Below, in pieces: positions 31,220 through 43,111 of a stretch of DNA of 63,536 nucleotides. The position numbers were made by a program, and so were the translations under genes. Each line of letters opens with the position of its first letter. Positions within the stretch are counted from its first letter, which is position 1. Below the pieces are notes generated by a model. It made no database searches and was not told the DNA's origin. It saw only the letters and a list, made by a program, of their open reading frames with translations. Origin of the DNA: Desulfuromonas sp. (GTDB taxonomy: Bacteria > Desulfobacterota > Desulfuromonadia > Desulfuromonadales > Desulfuromonadaceae); the NCBI GenBank assembly GCA_028685815.1, contig JAQUDG010000001.1:1-63536 (forward strand), read 5' to 3'.

Positions 31220-32002
31220 TTATCTGTGGGTGTCCGCCATGTGCAGTGGACGCGGAAAGTTGGCGATTGCAGCAAAATCAGCGGCGTTGAGGCTGGCTCC
31301 GCCGACGAGGGCCCCGTCGATATCGGCTTGCGCCATAAGCTCACTGATGTTGTCTGGCTTAACGCTGCCACCGTATATAATGCGCGTATTTTGCGCTACG
31401 GCTGGGGAAAAGACCCCCTGCAGCAAGCCGCGGATATAGGCGTGTACTTCCGCAGCGTCATCACTACTGGCGGTTTTACCTGTACCAATAGCCCATATCG
31501 GTTCATAGGCTATAACTACATGCTCCATCTGGGTGTCATTCACGTCCTTTAAGCCATTCCGGACTTGAGCGCCGAGCACCTCAAATAGATCCCCCTGTTC
31601 ACGTTGCTCTAGGGTCTCTCCTACACACAAAATGGCACTCATGCCCGCACGCAATACCGCATGTATTTTTGCATTTATAAATGCGTCATCTTCACCAAAA
31701 AGTTGGCGCCGTTCTGAGTGCCCTAGGATGACGTATGTACATCCAGCGTCGTTGAGTTGCGCGGCGGACACTTCGCCCGTAAATGCCCCTTGCGGCTCAG
31801 GGAAACAATTCTGCCCTCCAACCTTAATAGTGCTCTCTTGGCAGATTTCAGCGACGGCAGATATGGCGGTGAAGGATGGGGCTAACACGATGTCAGTATT
31901 GTGCACATCTGCGAGTTTGGTACACAGAGTTTTGGCCAGATCTTTGGCCTCATTTATAGTTTTATGCAGTTTCCAGTTTCCGGCGATCAGAGGTTTGCGC
32001 AT
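31220..32002 (-). CDS. tpiA: Triosephosphate isomerase
   Basis: IAGNWKLHKT, ILGHSERR and AYEPIWAIGTGKTAS catalytic motifs. Confidence 0.95.
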   Translation of the reverse strand: MRKPLIAGNWKLHKTINEAKDLAKTLCTKLADVHNTDIVLAPSFTAISAVAEICQESTIKVGGQNCFPEPQGAFTGEVSAAQLNDAGCTYVILGHSERRQLFGEDDAFINAKIHAVLRAGMSAILCVGETLEQREQGDLFEVLGAQVRNGLKDVNDTQMEHVVIAYEPIWAIGTGKTASSDDAAEVHAYIRGLLQGVFSPAVAQNTRIIYGGSVKPDNISELMAQADIDGALVGGASLNAADFAAIANFPRPLHMADTHR

Positions 32003-32018
32003 GTTCTCTCCTACTTTA

Positions 32019-33212
32019 TTATTCTTTGTCGGTCAGGGCCGCCACTCCAGGTAGGGTTTTACCTTCTAGCAGTTCTAGCGAGGCTCCTCCACCAGTGGAC
32101 ATATGGGTCATGGCTGTATTGAGGCCGGCTTTGTTTACTGCCGCGACAGAATCACCACCACCGATGATGGTAACCGCGTCAGAATCGGCCATGGCGCGAG
32201 CTACCCCCATGGTGCCTTTTGCGAAGTTGTCCATTTCGAACACCCCCATGGGTCCATTCCATACTACGGTAGCTGCCTTCTGGATGGCTTCGGCATAAAT
32301 TATCAGAGTTTTGGGACCGATATCCATCCCCATGTACGCTGTCGGGATGTTGGCATCGCCTGTTATTTGTACCTGCGCATCGTTGCTAAATTCCGCGGCG
32401 ACGATGTGGTCGATAGGGAGTTTAATCTCAACTCCTTTTGCTTCTGCCTGCTTTAATAAAGAAGCAGCCAGTTCCACCTGCTCTTTCTCCAGCAGGGACT
32501 TACCCACCTCGAAACCCTTAGCATGTAAAAAGGTGTAAGCCATCCCCCCCCCGATGAGGAGCGTATCCACCTTGTCGAGTAGGTTGGTTATGACAGGAAT
32601 TTTGTCGTGAACCTTGGCCCCGCCGAGGATTGCAACAAAAGGACGCTTTGGGCTCTCTAAGGCTTTGCCCAGATACTCAAGTTCTTCTGCCATTAGGAAC
32701 CCAGCAGCAGCTGGCTTAAGCAGATGTGCAATCCCCTCGGTTGAGGCGTGAGCACGGTGGGCCGTGCCGAAGGCGTCGTTGACATACACATCAGCGAGGC
32801 GCGCAAGCTGTGCATAAAACTCCGGCGCGTTTTTCTCCTCCTTAGGATGAAAGCGCACATTTTCAAGTAGCACGACATCACCGTCGCTCATATTGGCAAC
32901 CAGTTTTTCCACCTCGGCGCCAACACAGTCCGGTGCCATTGTCACTGGGTGCTCAAGAAGTTTAGCGAGGTGAGGAGCTACAGGTGCCAAGCTGAACTCT
33001 GGCTTGCGCGTTCCCTTGGGGCGTCCTAGGTGGGATGCCAGAATTAGTCGCCCTCCCTGCGCCATGATATGGCGAATGGTGGGCAGGGCGGCGACTATAC
33101 GGGTGTCGTCAGCGACAGTACCGTCGTTATTCAGGGGCACATTGAAGTCAACCCTGCAAAATACGCGTTTACCGCGCAGATCCAAGTCAGTAACGGAACA
33201 TTTATTGAGCAT
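32019..33212 (-). CDS. pgk: Phosphoglycerate kinase
   Basis: [24 protein letters not shown] and STGGGASLE motifs; 397 aa. Confidence 0.95.
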   Translation of the reverse strand: MLNKCSVTDLDLRGKRVFCRVDFNVPLNNDGTVADDTRIVAALPTIRHIMAQGGRLILASHLGRPKGTRKPEFSLAPVAPHLAKLLEHPVTMAPDCVGAEVEKLVANMSDGDVVLLENVRFHPKEEKNAPEFYAQLARLADVYVNDAFGTAHRAHASTEGIAHLLKPAAAGFLMAEELEYLGKALESPKRPFVAILGGAKVHDKIPVITNLLDKVDTLLIGGGMAYTFLHAKGFEVGKSLLEKEQVELAASLLKQAEAKGVEIKLPIDHIVAAEFSNDAQVQITGDANIPTAYMGMDIGPKTLIIYAEAIQKAATVVWNGPMGVFEMDNFAKGTMGVARAMADSDAVTIIGGGDSVAAVNKAGLNTAMTHMSTGGGASLELLEGKTLPGVAALTDKE

Positions 33213-33261
33213 CGAATCAATTACTCCATATAGAGAAAATAACGACGGCTTTGCCTCGCTG

Positions 33262-34272
33262 CTATTTTTTAGTCGCTACCAGATTCAGCAGATCGACAAT
33301 GCGTGCCGAGTAGCCCCATTCGTTGTCGTACCATAGTAGCACTTTGACCATCCGCTCTTGTAGTACCGCGGTGCTCAGGGCATCAAAGATGCCTGAAGCA
33401 GGATTGCCGTTGAAATCTACGGATACAAGAGGCTCATCGCAGTATTCAATAATCCCTTTAAGTTCGCCATTGGCTGCTTCCAGCATCAATGCCTTAACTT
33501 CTTCAACCGTAGTGTCTCTCTCGGTTTCAATTACAAAGTCAATCAGGGATACGTTAGGGGTTGGAACGCGAATAGCTATCCCAGCGAGACGCCCCTTGAG
33601 CTCCGGAACTACCATGGCCACTGCGTTGGTTGCACCGGTTGTGGTCGGAATCATGGAGACTGCGGCAGCGCGGGCGCGGCGCAGGTCTTTATGGGGTAGG
33701 TCAAGAATCTTCTGATCGTTGGTGTAAGAGTGGATGGTAGTCATGCTCCCACGCTTGATCCCCAGTTTTTTATGTAGCAGGTATGCTGCGGGAGCAAGGC
33801 AGTTGGTTGTGCAGGAAGCGTTGGAGATGACTTGGTGCTTGGCCGGATCGTAATCGGAAAAATTAACTCCCTTTACCACGGTTATATCAGCGTTCTTCCC
33901 TGGCGCGCTGAGTACAACACGTTTCGCGCCAGCTTCAAGGTGTTTTGCTGCAGCTTCGCGATTATTAAACATGCCGGTCGACTCAAGGACAACCTCTACA
34001 CCATCTTGTTTCCAGGGCAATGCTGCCGGATCTCTTTCGCTGTAAATTTTTATGGCGTGGCCATCAACAATAATGCTGGAGCCACTTACTTCCACCTTCC
34101 CGGGGTAAATTCCATGAACGGAGTCGTATTTGAACAGGTGGGCCATGGTTTTTGCATCGGTCAGATCATTTATAGCTGTAACTTCAAAATTAGTTGACTG
34201 CATGGCAATGCGCAGGACATTTCGACCAATACGCCCAAAACCATTGATAGCTACTTTTACAGACATAGACAT
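33262..34272 (-). CDS. gap: Glyceraldehyde-3-phosphate dehydrogenase (type I)
   Basis: INGFGRIGR Rossmann motif and the [12 protein letters not shown] active site; 336 aa. Confidence 0.95.
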   Translation of the reverse strand: MSMSVKVAINGFGRIGRNVLRIAMQSTNFEVTAINDLTDAKTMAHLFKYDSVHGIYPGKVEVSGSSIIVDGHAIKIYSERDPAALPWKQDGVEVVLESTGMFNNREAAAKHLEAGAKRVVLSAPGKNADITVVKGVNFSDYDPAKHQVISNASCTTNCLAPAAYLLHKKLGIKRGSMTTIHSYTNDQKILDLPHKDLRRARAAAVSMIPTTTGATNAVAMVVPELKGRLAGIAIRVPTPNVSLIDFVIETERDTTVEEVKALMLEAANGELKGIIEYCDEPLVSVDFNGNPASGIFDALSTAVLQERMVKVLLWYDNEWGYSARIVDLLNLVATKK

Positions 34273-34374
34273 ACGCTCCTTTAAGAATTAAGAAAGACTA
34301 CATAAACATGCAGAACCACACCAGAACGTAAGCCGACAGCAGGCCGACAGGCTGGGTTGTTCATCTAGGATGAA

Positions 34375-34403
34375 AGGATAAACGTCCGCTGGGTAAGCGT
34401 CAA
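34375..34403 (-). promoter_or_regulatory. Candidate sigma-70 promoter for the gap operon
   Basis: The minus strand reads TTGACG-N17-TATCCT, ~95 nt upstream of the gap ATG. Sequence match only. Confidence 0.3.
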
Positions 34404-34626
34404 GAGGTATGCCACCTTGCCAGCACGAAGTAAGCGCTAAAGGACATCTTTAGGCTCAAGCAGTTCCGGCAGGGGTGGGTCTAGACGGCATGGGTGACCC
34501 ATTAAGGGCATTGTTTTATGTGTACTACAGTCACAAGATAGTAGCAAGGGCATGCGAGGCTTGCCCAGCTCGGATTGGCAAAGTTTGCCGTATCCTTTCG
34601 GTAGAGGCGGCAGTGCAAAAATTGTG

Positions 34627-34658
34627 GGGCGAGACCGCGCCGGCGTTCTTGCCCTTTT
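34627..34658 (+). terminator. Orphan terminator-like hairpin in the gap/MBL intergenic region
   Basis: GGGCGAGA-ccgcgccggcgt-TCTTGCCC (8 bp including one G-U) followed by TTTT. No plus-strand gene lies upstream. Confidence 0.35.
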
Positions 34659-34843
34659 ACTGCGCCTGTGTTATGAAAGCGCGAGCGGCAAAGGCTGAGT
34701 TTGTCTGCCTGCGCCAGCTGGATGGCTACAGGCTAAGGGTGGCGTCAATCTCATTATAATTGCTCAGATTTACTCCACTCATCTGCATATAAGCTGTATA
34801 TGAAATTACATAAAAGCAGACAAAAAGCGGCGGGAGAAAGCCG

Positions 34844-35617
34844 GTGCGTATTTGCCAGATTGCCAGTGGAAGCAAGGGCAATTCCATATATGTAGAGAGT
34901 GACAGCAGTAGGGTATTGATCGACGCGGGTCTTTCCGCGCGTGAGCTTACCCGACGTCTGCTAGCGATAGGAGTCGCGGCGCAGGACCTTGACGCCGTTA
35001 TTATAAGCCACGAACATCGAGATCACTGCAGCGGCGCCGGACCTCTGTGCAGACGCTACAATTTACCTCTATATTGTTTGCCTCAGACCTATGCAGCGCT
35101 GCCGTCCATTGGAGCTGTAGACTACTGCGCCTTGGAAACGGCTGGAGTGTTGCGCTTGCGTGATCTGGAGGTGGAGACGTTCCCAGTTACCCACGATGCT
35201 GTCGCTCCTGTCGGGTTTATCCTGACGGCGGGGCGCGTTCGAGTGGGGATTGCCACCGATCTTGGTGTGGTTACCCGTCTGGTGCGTGAGCGCCTGCAAC
35301 GCTGCCAGGTGCTGGTGCTAGAGACCAATCACGATGAGCAGATGTTGCAAGATGGGCCATATCCGTGGTCCTTAAAGCAGCGAATCCGCGGGCGTCATGG
35401 TCATCTTTCCAACAACCAGGCTGCCGAATTACTCGGAGATTTGTTATGGCCTGAACTGCAGGCGGTATTTATGGCCCATATTAGTGAAACCAACAACACG
35501 GTGGAACTGGCCCGGCAGAGGATAGATCGGGTGTTGAATGGGCAAAATAGCTGTAACCCACAGCTGATTGTTGGACAGGTGGCGGTTGCCAGCGAGAGCT
35601 TCGAGTGTCGAACCTGA
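34844..35617 (+). CDS. MBL-fold metallo-hydrolase (YycJ-like)
   Basis: GTG start. SGSKGNSIYVE...LIDAGLS...ISHEHRDH metallo-beta-lactamase motif; 257 aa. Confidence 0.85.
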   Translation: MRICQIASGSKGNSIYVESDSSRVLIDAGLSARELTRRLLAIGVAAQDLDAVIISHEHRDHCSGAGPLCRRYNLPLYCLPQTYAALPSIGAVDYCALETAGVLRLRDLEVETFPVTHDAVAPVGFILTAGRVRVGIATDLGVVTRLVRERLQRCQVLVLETNHDEQMLQDGPYPWSLKQRIRGRHGHLSNNQAAELLGDLLWPELQAVFMAHISETNNTVELARQRIDRVLNGQNSCNPQLIVGQVAVASESFECRT

Positions 35618-35738
35618 ATTAAGATACACCGCGTTATAAATTATTTTACATGGAAGGTCTGCGTTTGGATTCTGCGCTTACGCAGGCACTTCAGTGGGTA
35701 TACATCCCCTAAAGGGGAGGACTGAATGAGGAGAAAAT

Positions 35739-38720
35739 ATGGCCAACAGGATTGTTGTAGGTCTTAAAGACGGGGTTCGTGACGCGCGCGCAGAACGGGT
35801 GCGTCAGGATATCAGCAACCACCTCGGGATTGAATTGCAACAGGTGCGTACGCTTGATGTCTACACTGTAGACGCGCAGCTCAGTGACGCGGAACTGCAA
35901 GCGGCAGCTCAAGGGCCATTTTCCGACCCGATAATCCAGGAATATGGCGTAGATAAAGCCCTGGCGCAGGATTTCGATATGCTGATCGAAATCGGTTTCC
36001 GCCCTGGAGTTACCGATAATACCGGGCGTACCGCGCGCGAGGCATTGGAGTATCTGCTGGGGCGGAAGTTTGCCGGCGACGAGGCCGTGTATACCTCGGT
36101 GCAGTATCTGCTTAGCGGGGATGTGGATAAGCAAAAGGCCGAACAGATCGCCGCTGGAGTTCTTGCCAATGGACTGATTCAGCGCTGGACTATCGTCAGT
36201 CGCGCAGAATTTGATCCAAAAACCGGACTGGCACCGCAAGTGGCCAAGGTAATGACCACCGGACAGCCGGGAATCCGCGAAATGGATCTGGGTGTGGACG
36301 ACGACACGCTGATGCAGATTAGCCGTGATGGGATGCTGGCGCTTAGCTTGGAGGAAATGAAGACCATTCAGGCCTTTATTGCCACCCCGGCAGTGCAGCA
36401 GCAACGCAAAACAGTGGGACTGGGGGGGTGCATCACTGACGCTGAACTGGAGGCGTTGGCGCAAACCTGGAGCGAGCATTGTAAACACAAAATATTTGCT
36501 GCCCGTATTGATTACGAAGATGAATACGGCCAGAAAGAGAGTATCGATTCACTGTTTAAAAGCTACATCATGGAGACAACCAGCGAAGTTCGCAGACAAA
36601 AGGGAGCGGATGATATTTGTCTGTCGGTATTCAAGGATAACGCTGGCGTTGTCCGCTTTACCGATGACTGGAGTATGGTCTACAAGGTTGAGACCCATAA
36701 CTCCCCTAGTGCGCTTGATCCGTACGGTGGTGCGTTGACTGGCATTGTTGGAGTAAACCGCGACCCTTTCGGTACTGGCCGCGGCGCACGCCTGATCTTC
36801 AACACCGATGTATTCTGCTTTGCCTCACCTTTTTATGCCGAACCTTTGCCGCCGCGTCTGCTGCATCCGCGCCGGATCTTTGAAGGTGTGGTCGAAGGTG
36901 TAGAGCATGGAGGTAATAAAAGCGGCGTTCCAACCATTAACGGTTCGCTGGTGTTCGACCGCCGCTTTGTCGGAAAACCACTGGTGTACTGTGGCAGTGC
37001 TGCCCTTATGCCGGCGCAATTGCATGGGCGCCCAGGGCATGAAAAAAAAGCACTGGTAGGGGATCACATCATCATGGTGGGTGGACGTATCGGTAAGGAC
37101 GGAATCCACGGGGCCACGTTCTCCTCGGAAGAATTGCACGAGAATTCACCGGTAACCGCGGTACAGATAGGCGACCCCATCACCCAGCGGCGCATGTTTG
37201 ACTTTCTCCTTATCGCGCGCGATAAGGGCTTGTACACCTCCATCACCGACAACGGTGCCGGCGGTCTGTCGTCCTCCGTAGGAGAGATGGCCGAGGATAC
37301 TGGCGGTTTTGAAATGCACTTGGATCGGGCACCGCTCAAATATGCCGGACTTCAGCCGTGGGAGATCTTGATCTCCGAGGCACAGGAGCGTATGACTCTG
37401 GCCGTCCCCCCTGAACATGTGGAGGAGTTTATTCGCCTAGGGGAGAGCATGAACGTTGAGTCCACTGACCTTGGAGTCTTCACCGACTCGGGTTACTTTC
37501 ACTGCCTGTACCACGGTCAGACTGCAACCTATCTGCCCATGGATTTCCTGCATAATGCCAATCCGCAGATGAAAATCCCGGCGCGCTGGGAAATCAAGAC
37601 CCACCGCCAGCCGGCGGAAACGGATCTGCCTAAAGCGCAGGAGGCCCTGCTTAAGTTGCTGGGCTCGCTCAACGTATGCTCCAAAGAAGTTGTAGTGCGG
37701 CGTTTCGACCATGAGGTGCAGGGCAACACCGTGCTAAAACCTCTGACCGGAGAAGCCAACGATGGCCCCGCTGATGCAGCTGTAGTGCGTCCGTTGCCCG
37801 ACTCCTTCGCTGGAATTACCGTGGCGCACGGCATTTGTCCGCGTTACAGTGATATCGATACCTACCATATGACCGCTTGCGCCATTGACGAAGCTCTGCG
37901 CAACTACGTGAGTGTCGGCGGCAATGTCGACCATGTTGCGGGGTTGGATAACTTCTGCTGGTGCGACCCAGTTCTGAGTGAGCGCACTCCCGATGGGCCG
38001 TTCAAGGCGGCGCAGCTGGTGCGGGCAAACAAGGCACTGTATGATTATTGCGTCGCCTTTGGGGTCCCGCTTATCTCCGGCAAGGATTCGATGAAAAATG
38101 ACTACCACATCGACGGGAAGAAGATTTCTATCCCGCCTACGCTGTTGTTCTCGGTAATTGGCAAAGTAGACGATGTGCGTCTGTGCACCACAATGGACGT
38201 AAAGCGCCCGCAGGATAAAGTCTATCTACTGGGCAGTACCAGTGCGGAGCTCGGAGGTTCTGAACTCTTTAATATTCTCGGGTTTACCGGCAACCATGTT
38301 CCACAGGTTGATGCCGATAGCGCCTTGCGGCGCTATCGCACCTTGAATCGGGCTCAGAAGGCTGGGTTGGTGGCCTCATGCCACGACCTGTCAGATGGCG
38401 GTCTGGGGGTAGCTCTGGCCGAAAGTGCCTTTGCCGGCGGGTTCGGCATGGATATTAACTTAGGGAATCTGCGTACCCAAGGGGAGCTCTCAGTCCTTGA
38501 AATGCTCTACTCCGAATCACAGAGTCGGCTGCTGGTTACAGTGGCGCCCGCCAATGCGGAGGAGTTTGAAAAGCTTTTCAGTGGGCAGGAGATCTGTTGC
38601 CTGGGCAAGGTTACCAGTGCTCCCACTTTACGCATCCTCGCCAGCGATGAGACCCTGATTATCGAGGAAAATATCTACGTATTGAAAGAGGCCTGGCAGG
38701 CCACATTGAAGGAGCTTTGA
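35739..38720 (+). CDS. purL: Phosphoribosylformylglycinamidine synthase, synthetase subunit with N-terminal PurS-like/linker region
   Basis: 993 aa. The N-terminal ~230 aa resemble the N-domain and linker of large PurL. The AIR-synthase-like duplicated core follows (SEHCKHKIF, VETHNSPSALDPYGGA, GGNKSGVP, DNGAGGLSS). There is no C-terminal amidotransferase domain. Confidence 0.9.
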   Translation: MANRIVVGLKDGVRDARAERVRQDISNHLGIELQQVRTLDVYTVDAQLSDAELQAAAQGPFSDPIIQEYGVDKALAQDFDMLIEIGFRPGVTDNTGRTAREALEYLLGRKFAGDEAVYTSVQYLLSGDVDKQKAEQIAAGVLANGLIQRWTIVSRAEFDPKTGLAPQVAKVMTTGQPGIREMDLGVDDDTLMQISRDGMLALSLEEMKTIQAFIATPAVQQQRKTVGLGGCITDAELEALAQTWSEHCKHKIFAARIDYEDEYGQKESIDSLFKSYIMETTSEVRRQKGADDICLSVFKDNAGVVRFTDDWSMVYKVETHNSPSALDPYGGALTGIVGVNRDPFGTGRGARLIFNTDVFCFASPFYAEPLPPRLLHPRRIFEGVVEGVEHGGNKSGVPTINGSLVFDRRFVGKPLVYCGSAALMPAQLHGRPGHEKKALVGDHIIMVGGRIGKDGIHGATFSSEELHENSPVTAVQIGDPITQRRMFDFLLIARDKGLYTSITDNGAGGLSSSVGEMAEDTGGFEMHLDRAPLKYAGLQPWEILISEAQERMTLAVPPEHVEEFIRLGESMNVESTDLGVFTDSGYFHCLYHGQTATYLPMDFLHNANPQMKIPARWEIKTHRQPAETDLPKAQEALLKLLGSLNVCSKEVVVRRFDHEVQGNTVLKPLTGEANDGPADAAVVRPLPDSFAGITVAHGICPRYSDIDTYHMTACAIDEALRNYVSVGGNVDHVAGLDNFCWCDPVLSERTPDGPFKAAQLVRANKALYDYCVAFGVPLISGKDSMKNDYHIDGKKISIPPTLLFSVIGKVDDVRLCTTMDVKRPQDKVYLLGSTSAELGGSELFNILGFTGNHVPQVDADSALRRYRTLNRAQKAGLVASCHDLSDGGLGVALAESAFAGGFGMDINLGNLRTQGELSVLEMLYSESQSRLLVTVAPANAEEFEKLFSGQEICCLGKVTSAPTLRILASDETLIIEENIYVLKEAWQATLKEL

Positions 38721-38722
38721 TT

Positions 38723-39550
38723 ATGTCCGCTGAAGTTAAAGCTATCGTGGTTTCCGGCAACGGCACTAACTGCGAGCGTGAGGTGGCCAATGCCTGTCGT
38801 CTGGCTGGGGCCGAACATGTCGATATAGTGCACCTTTCACGCCTGCTCTCCGGCGAAGTAAGCCTGCACGATTACCATTTTCTTAATTTTGCTGGGGGTT
38901 TTCTCGACGGGGACGACCTGGGCGGTGCCATAGCTGGGGCGAATCGACTGCGACATGCCAAGATAAAAACCAGCGGGCGCTCCTTGCTCGACGAAATTCT
39001 GCTGTTTGTGGAGAATGGTAATCTGGTTATGGGGGTGTGTAACGGTTTTCAGCTCATGGTCAAGATGGGCTTACTCCCGGGGTTCGATCATGATTATCGC
39101 ACCCAGAGAGCAACCCTGACCTTCAACGATCGCGGTCGGTTTGAAAATCGCTGGGTATACCTGAAGGTTGATCAGAAGTCCCCCTGTGTGTTTACTCGCG
39201 GTCTTACTGGCATGTATCTGCCGGTGCGCCATGGGGAAGGGAAGTTTGTGGTTGAAGATCCGCAGGTGCTGGAAAGAATTGAAGCCGAACATCTGTCAGT
39301 GCTGAAATATAGCGATGCCGCTTACATCTCCCCGACGATGGAGTTTCCCCTTAATACCAATGGGTCGATGGCTGCCATCGCCGGACTAACCGACCCAAGT
39401 GGGCGTGTGTTTGGCCTCATGCCCCATCCAGAAGCGTATTTGCACCGCACCCATCATCCACGCTGGACCCGCGAAGAGTTGCCCGAAGAGGGAATGGGAC
39501 TGTGGCTGTATAAGAATGCCATCAATTTTATTCGTGAACAGGTGCTTTAG
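38723..39550 (+). CDS. purQ: Phosphoribosylformylglycinamidine synthase, glutamine amidotransferase subunit
   Basis: GAAGGAG RBS. GVCNGFQ nucleophile elbow and the MPHPE His motif of class I GATases. Adjacent to purL. Confidence 0.9.
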   Translation: MSAEVKAIVVSGNGTNCEREVANACRLAGAEHVDIVHLSRLLSGEVSLHDYHFLNFAGGFLDGDDLGGAIAGANRLRHAKIKTSGRSLLDEILLFVENGNLVMGVCNGFQLMVKMGLLPGFDHDYRTQRATLTFNDRGRFENRWVYLKVDQKSPCVFTRGLTGMYLPVRHGEGKFVVEDPQVLERIEAEHLSVLKYSDAAYISPTMEFPLNTNGSMAAIAGLTDPSGRVFGLMPHPEAYLHRTHHPRWTREELPEEGMGLWLYKNAINFIREQVL

Positions 39551-39596
39551 TCGGCGATTAAGAAACATCACACCCTAAGAAGGAAGTAATAAAAAC

Positions 39597-41027
39597 ATGT
39601 TTGATAAACTGAAGGAAGAATGTGGTGTTTTCGGTATTTATGGGCACCCCGAAGCTGCTAATCTTACCTATCTAGGGTTGTACGCTCTGCAGCATCGTGG
39701 GCAGGAAAGCTGTGGCATTGTTGCCTCCGACGGCTCTACGTTGCGCGCCCATCGCAGAAATGGGCTGGTATCTGACGTATTCCGTGATCCGCAGATATTT
39801 GAGCGCCTGCCCGGACGCAGCGCGATTGGACACGTGCGCTACGCCACCGCCGGCAGCAGTGATGTGAAAAACTGTCAACCGATTATGGTCGACTATGCCC
39901 GCGGCAGCATTGCGGTGGCACACAACGGTAATCTAGTTAATGCGCAGGAATTGCGCAACGATCTTGAGCAGTTGGGGTCTATCTTCTCTAGCACCTCCGA
40001 TGCGGAAGTGATTATTCACCTGCTGGCCAGAAGCCATGCAGATAGTCTTTCCGAACGCATCACTACAGCCCTTGAGCGTGTGGATGGGGCCTACAGTCTA
40101 CTCTTCCTCACCGAGACTCGGATAGTGGCGGTGCGCGATCCGCGCGGGTTCCGTCCTCTGGTGCTGGGGAAACTTGAGGGGGGCTATGTAGTCGCCTCTG
40201 AAACCTGCGCCCTTGATCTGATCGAGGCGGAATTTATCCGGGAGCTCGAACCAGGGGAGATGGTGATTATCGATGATAAAGGGGTGCATTCCATGTTCCC
40301 CTTGGAGAAACGCTCCCCCTGTCCGTGTATTTTTGAGTTTGTCTATTTTGCGCGCCCAGATAGCACTATCTTCGGACGTGAGGTTTATTCTGTGCGCAAG
40401 GAATACGGGCGTGAATTGGCGCGCGAGTTTCCTGTAGACGCGGATGTGGTTGTGCCTATCCCTGATTCTGGGGTGCCGGCCTCCATCGGGTATGCAGAAG
40501 AATCGGGTATCCCTTTTGAACTCGGTCTCATCCGTAACCACTATGTAGGACGGACCTTCATCGAGCCGCAACAGGCGATCCGCCACTTCGGGGTAAAGAT
40601 AAAACTCAACCCGGTGCGCGAAGTGATTGAAGGTAAACGCGTGGTGATTGTGGATGACTCCGTTGTACGCGGAACCACGGCACGCAAGATTGTCAAGATG
40701 CTGAAGAACGCCGGCGCAAAAGAGGTGCATATGCGGGTATCCAGTCCGCCGACTAGCTACCCGTGTTATTACGGTATCGATACTCCCACGCGGAATGAAC
40801 TCATCTCCTCGTCCCATAGTATCGAGGAGATAAATCGCTATATCACTTCAGATTCTCTGGGTTATCTTTCGATCGAAGGCTTGCTCAAGGCCACCTATGG
40901 TCAGGAAAGTAGAGATCCAGAAAACAAAGATATGTGCAGGTTCTGCACCGCCTGTTTTACGGGTAAATATCCGATAAAATTTCCACACCTGAAGGCAGAT
41001 AATCAATTGGGTTTGTTCGAGCGCTAG
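39597..41027 (+). CDS. purF: Amidophosphoribosyltransferase
   Basis: N-terminal [14 protein letters not shown] (Ntn Cys), PRTase motif [13 protein letters not shown] and C-terminal Cys ligands (CPCIFE, CRFCTAC) for a [4Fe-4S] cluster. Confidence 0.95.
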   Translation: MFDKLKEECGVFGIYGHPEAANLTYLGLYALQHRGQESCGIVASDGSTLRAHRRNGLVSDVFRDPQIFERLPGRSAIGHVRYATAGSSDVKNCQPIMVDYARGSIAVAHNGNLVNAQELRNDLEQLGSIFSSTSDAEVIIHLLARSHADSLSERITTALERVDGAYSLLFLTETRIVAVRDPRGFRPLVLGKLEGGYVVASETCALDLIEAEFIRELEPGEMVIIDDKGVHSMFPLEKRSPCPCIFEFVYFARPDSTIFGREVYSVRKEYGRELAREFPVDADVVVPIPDSGVPASIGYAEESGIPFELGLIRNHYVGRTFIEPQQAIRHFGVKIKLNPVREVIEGKRVVIVDDSVVRGTTARKIVKMLKNAGAKEVHMRVSSPPTSYPCYYGIDTPTRNELISSSHSIEEINRYITSDSLGYLSIEGLLKATYGQESRDPENKDMCRFCTACFTGKYPIKFPHLKADNQLGLFER

Positions 41028-41139
41028 GCTCGGCGACTCATGTGTTTCGGGCAGGGAATAGCTCGAAAATGACGCAAGAACAGGTAAAAGAAGAGCGAGT
41101 AACGTCGAGTAGAATATATACACGCAGAGGGGAAAGAAA

Positions 41140-41697
41140 ATGACCGCACAGGAACGTAGTGAACTGATGGATATTATTCGGCTTCTTTCGTACGAAGAGC
41201 GTGAAGTCACTCTGGCTTCAGGGCGTAAAAGTAACTTTTACTTCGATGGTAAGCAGACCACCCTGCATCCACGCGGTTCTGTGCTAGTGGGTAAGGCGTT
41301 CCTCGACGCTGCACGCTCTTTTGGGTGCAAGGTTGACGGTGTAGGCGGCCTCACCCTTGGGGCCGACCCCATTGCAACGGCGACCTCCCTGATAAGTTCA
41401 CTTGAGGGTGAGCCCATTCCGGCCTTTATTATTCGTAAAGAACCTAAAGGGCATGGCACCGGCCAGTGGCTCGAAGGGCGCAAAAACCTCGCGCCAGGAG
41501 CCAAGGTGGTGATTGTTGAAGACGTCGTGACCACTGGCGGCTCCTCCATGAAGGCGATTGAGCGCGCGCGCGAGGAGGGGCTCAAAGTTATCGGTGTTGT
41601 CACCCTGGTTGATCGCGAAGAGGGGGGGAGTGAGTGTTTTACTGCGGCCAGCATTCCATTCAAGGCGATTTTCACCAAGACCCAAGTGGCCGCCTAA
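41140..41697 (+). CDS. pyrE: Orotate phosphoribosyltransferase
   Basis: 185 aa. SGRKSNFYFD and the VVIVEDVVTTGGS PRPP-binding loop. Confidence 0.9.
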   Translation: MTAQERSELMDIIRLLSYEEREVTLASGRKSNFYFDGKQTTLHPRGSVLVGKAFLDAARSFGCKVDGVGGLTLGADPIATATSLISSLEGEPIPAFIIRKEPKGHGTGQWLEGRKNLAPGAKVVIVEDVVTTGGSSMKAIERAREEGLKVIGVVTLVDREEGGSECFTAASIPFKAIFTKTQVAA

Positions 41698-41720
41698 AGT
41701 TTGACACTTACGCAAGTAGC

Positions 41721-42050
41721 ATGACCTATATTTATCTTACCATCGCTATTGTCGCCGAGGTTGTTGCAACCTCGGCGCTTAAGGCTTCGGAGCAGTTCAG
41801 CCGCGCATGTCCCAGCGTAATTGTAGTGCTAGGGTATGGAGTGTCGTTTTACTTCCTTGCGCGTGTCTTGCAGGAACTTCCCGTCGGGATAACCTATGCA
41901 GTCTGGTCCGGAGTAGGGATAGTGCTTGTAACCCTGCTATCAATGCTGCTTTATCAGCAGATCCCGGACCTCGCGGCCATTGTCGGTATGGGACTAATCA
42001 TCACCGGCGTGGCCGTCATCCACCTCTTTTCTTCCAGCGTTAGTAAGTAG
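41721..42050 (+). CDS. SMR-family small multidrug efflux protein (EmrE/SugE-like)
   Basis: 109 aa with four TM segments. The conserved membrane Glu lies in IAIVAEVVATSALK. Confidence 0.85.
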   Translation: MTYIYLTIAIVAEVVATSALKASEQFSRACPSVIVVLGYGVSFYFLARVLQELPVGITYAVWSGVGIVLVTLLSMLLYQQIPDLAAIVGMGLIITGVAVIHLFSSSVSK

Positions 42051-42235
42051 ATAACACCTCTTGTAACCATCTTTTTCTAGCACCTCCAATACACTCCAGC
42101 GCTCATTCCCTCCTCGGTACAACACATATCGAACGAATGCCAAGGTATGGCAGGTTTGGATCTATTCAAAGGCGCGCATCAGGCGCTCAAAGCTGTCGGG
42201 GCAGATGTGGCATTGTTTGCCCATAGCGCTGAGCC

Positions 42236-42838
42236 TTACTTTCGGCTCTTGCCGGCAAAAACACCCGCGAAAGGGTTCTTTTTTTTGAGTAAGGGATGTG
42301 TAGGCATGGTCTCATGGAAGAAGCGGACGTCTTCGATGGTATAGAAGGCGTTGGGGTCAAACTCCTTGATGAGGTTGATCACTTTTTCGAGGTTACGCCG
42401 TTTGGCGATAGTGAAGACAATCTTTACTGGGCCCGTTTCCCCGCGCGCATCAACAGTAGTGACGCCGAATCCCGCCTGCCACAGGGCGTTGGTTAATCCT
42501 GGAGCTTGTTGATGCGGGGTGATGGTGCGGATGATGTGGCTTCCCACCGCGAGGCGCTCTTCAAGCAGTAGCCCCACATAATTGCCCACTGCGAAACCAA
42601 GGGCGTAAGCGATGTAAGTAACCCAACTGTTGAGGTGTTGCATTACTTGGGAGATAGCTATCACCCAGATCAGAATTTCGATAAAACCCAGCGGAGCGGC
42701 AATATACTTCATCCCTCTGGAGACGAAGGTGATGCGGAGTGTCCCGATAGAGACGTCGAGGATACGCGCAAGAAAAATCAAAAAAGGAATGCCCAGCGTA
42801 GACATAAGTCCTGGATCCACGGCAGATGCTGTGATCAT
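42236..42838 (-). CDS. UPF0316/DUF2179 family membrane protein
   Basis: FLARILDVSIGTLRITFVSRG N-terminal motif, three TM segments and a C-terminal soluble DUF2179-like domain. Confidence 0.75.
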   Translation of the reverse strand: MITASAVDPGLMSTLGIPFLIFLARILDVSIGTLRITFVSRGMKYIAAPLGFIEILIWVIAISQVMQHLNSWVTYIAYALGFAVGNYVGLLLEERLAVGSHIIRTITPHQQAPGLTNALWQAGFGVTTVDARGETGPVKIVFTIAKRRNLEKVINLIKEFDPNAFYTIEDVRFFHETMPTHPLLKKKNPFAGVFAGKSRK

Positions 42839-43111
42839 GATGCACTCCTGAAAATCGAGGTGGGAATTGGGTTGATAACACCATGGCTCATGGTGTGCGA
42901 AACGTAGCAGGCAGATATGTAAGAGTCAAGCTTGGAACGGGTGTCGAGGGGGCTCCACCTATATTACCTGCAATCAAGTGCTTATACTGGTGTACTCGGT
43001 TGTGTAGAAATGTTTTGAGCAAATAATTCACCTTATGTTGTTGTCTGTTTGCCACCCTGTTACACTACGATAGTTAGTTTGACATAATTATCTTAAATCC
43101 ACGGGTGAAGT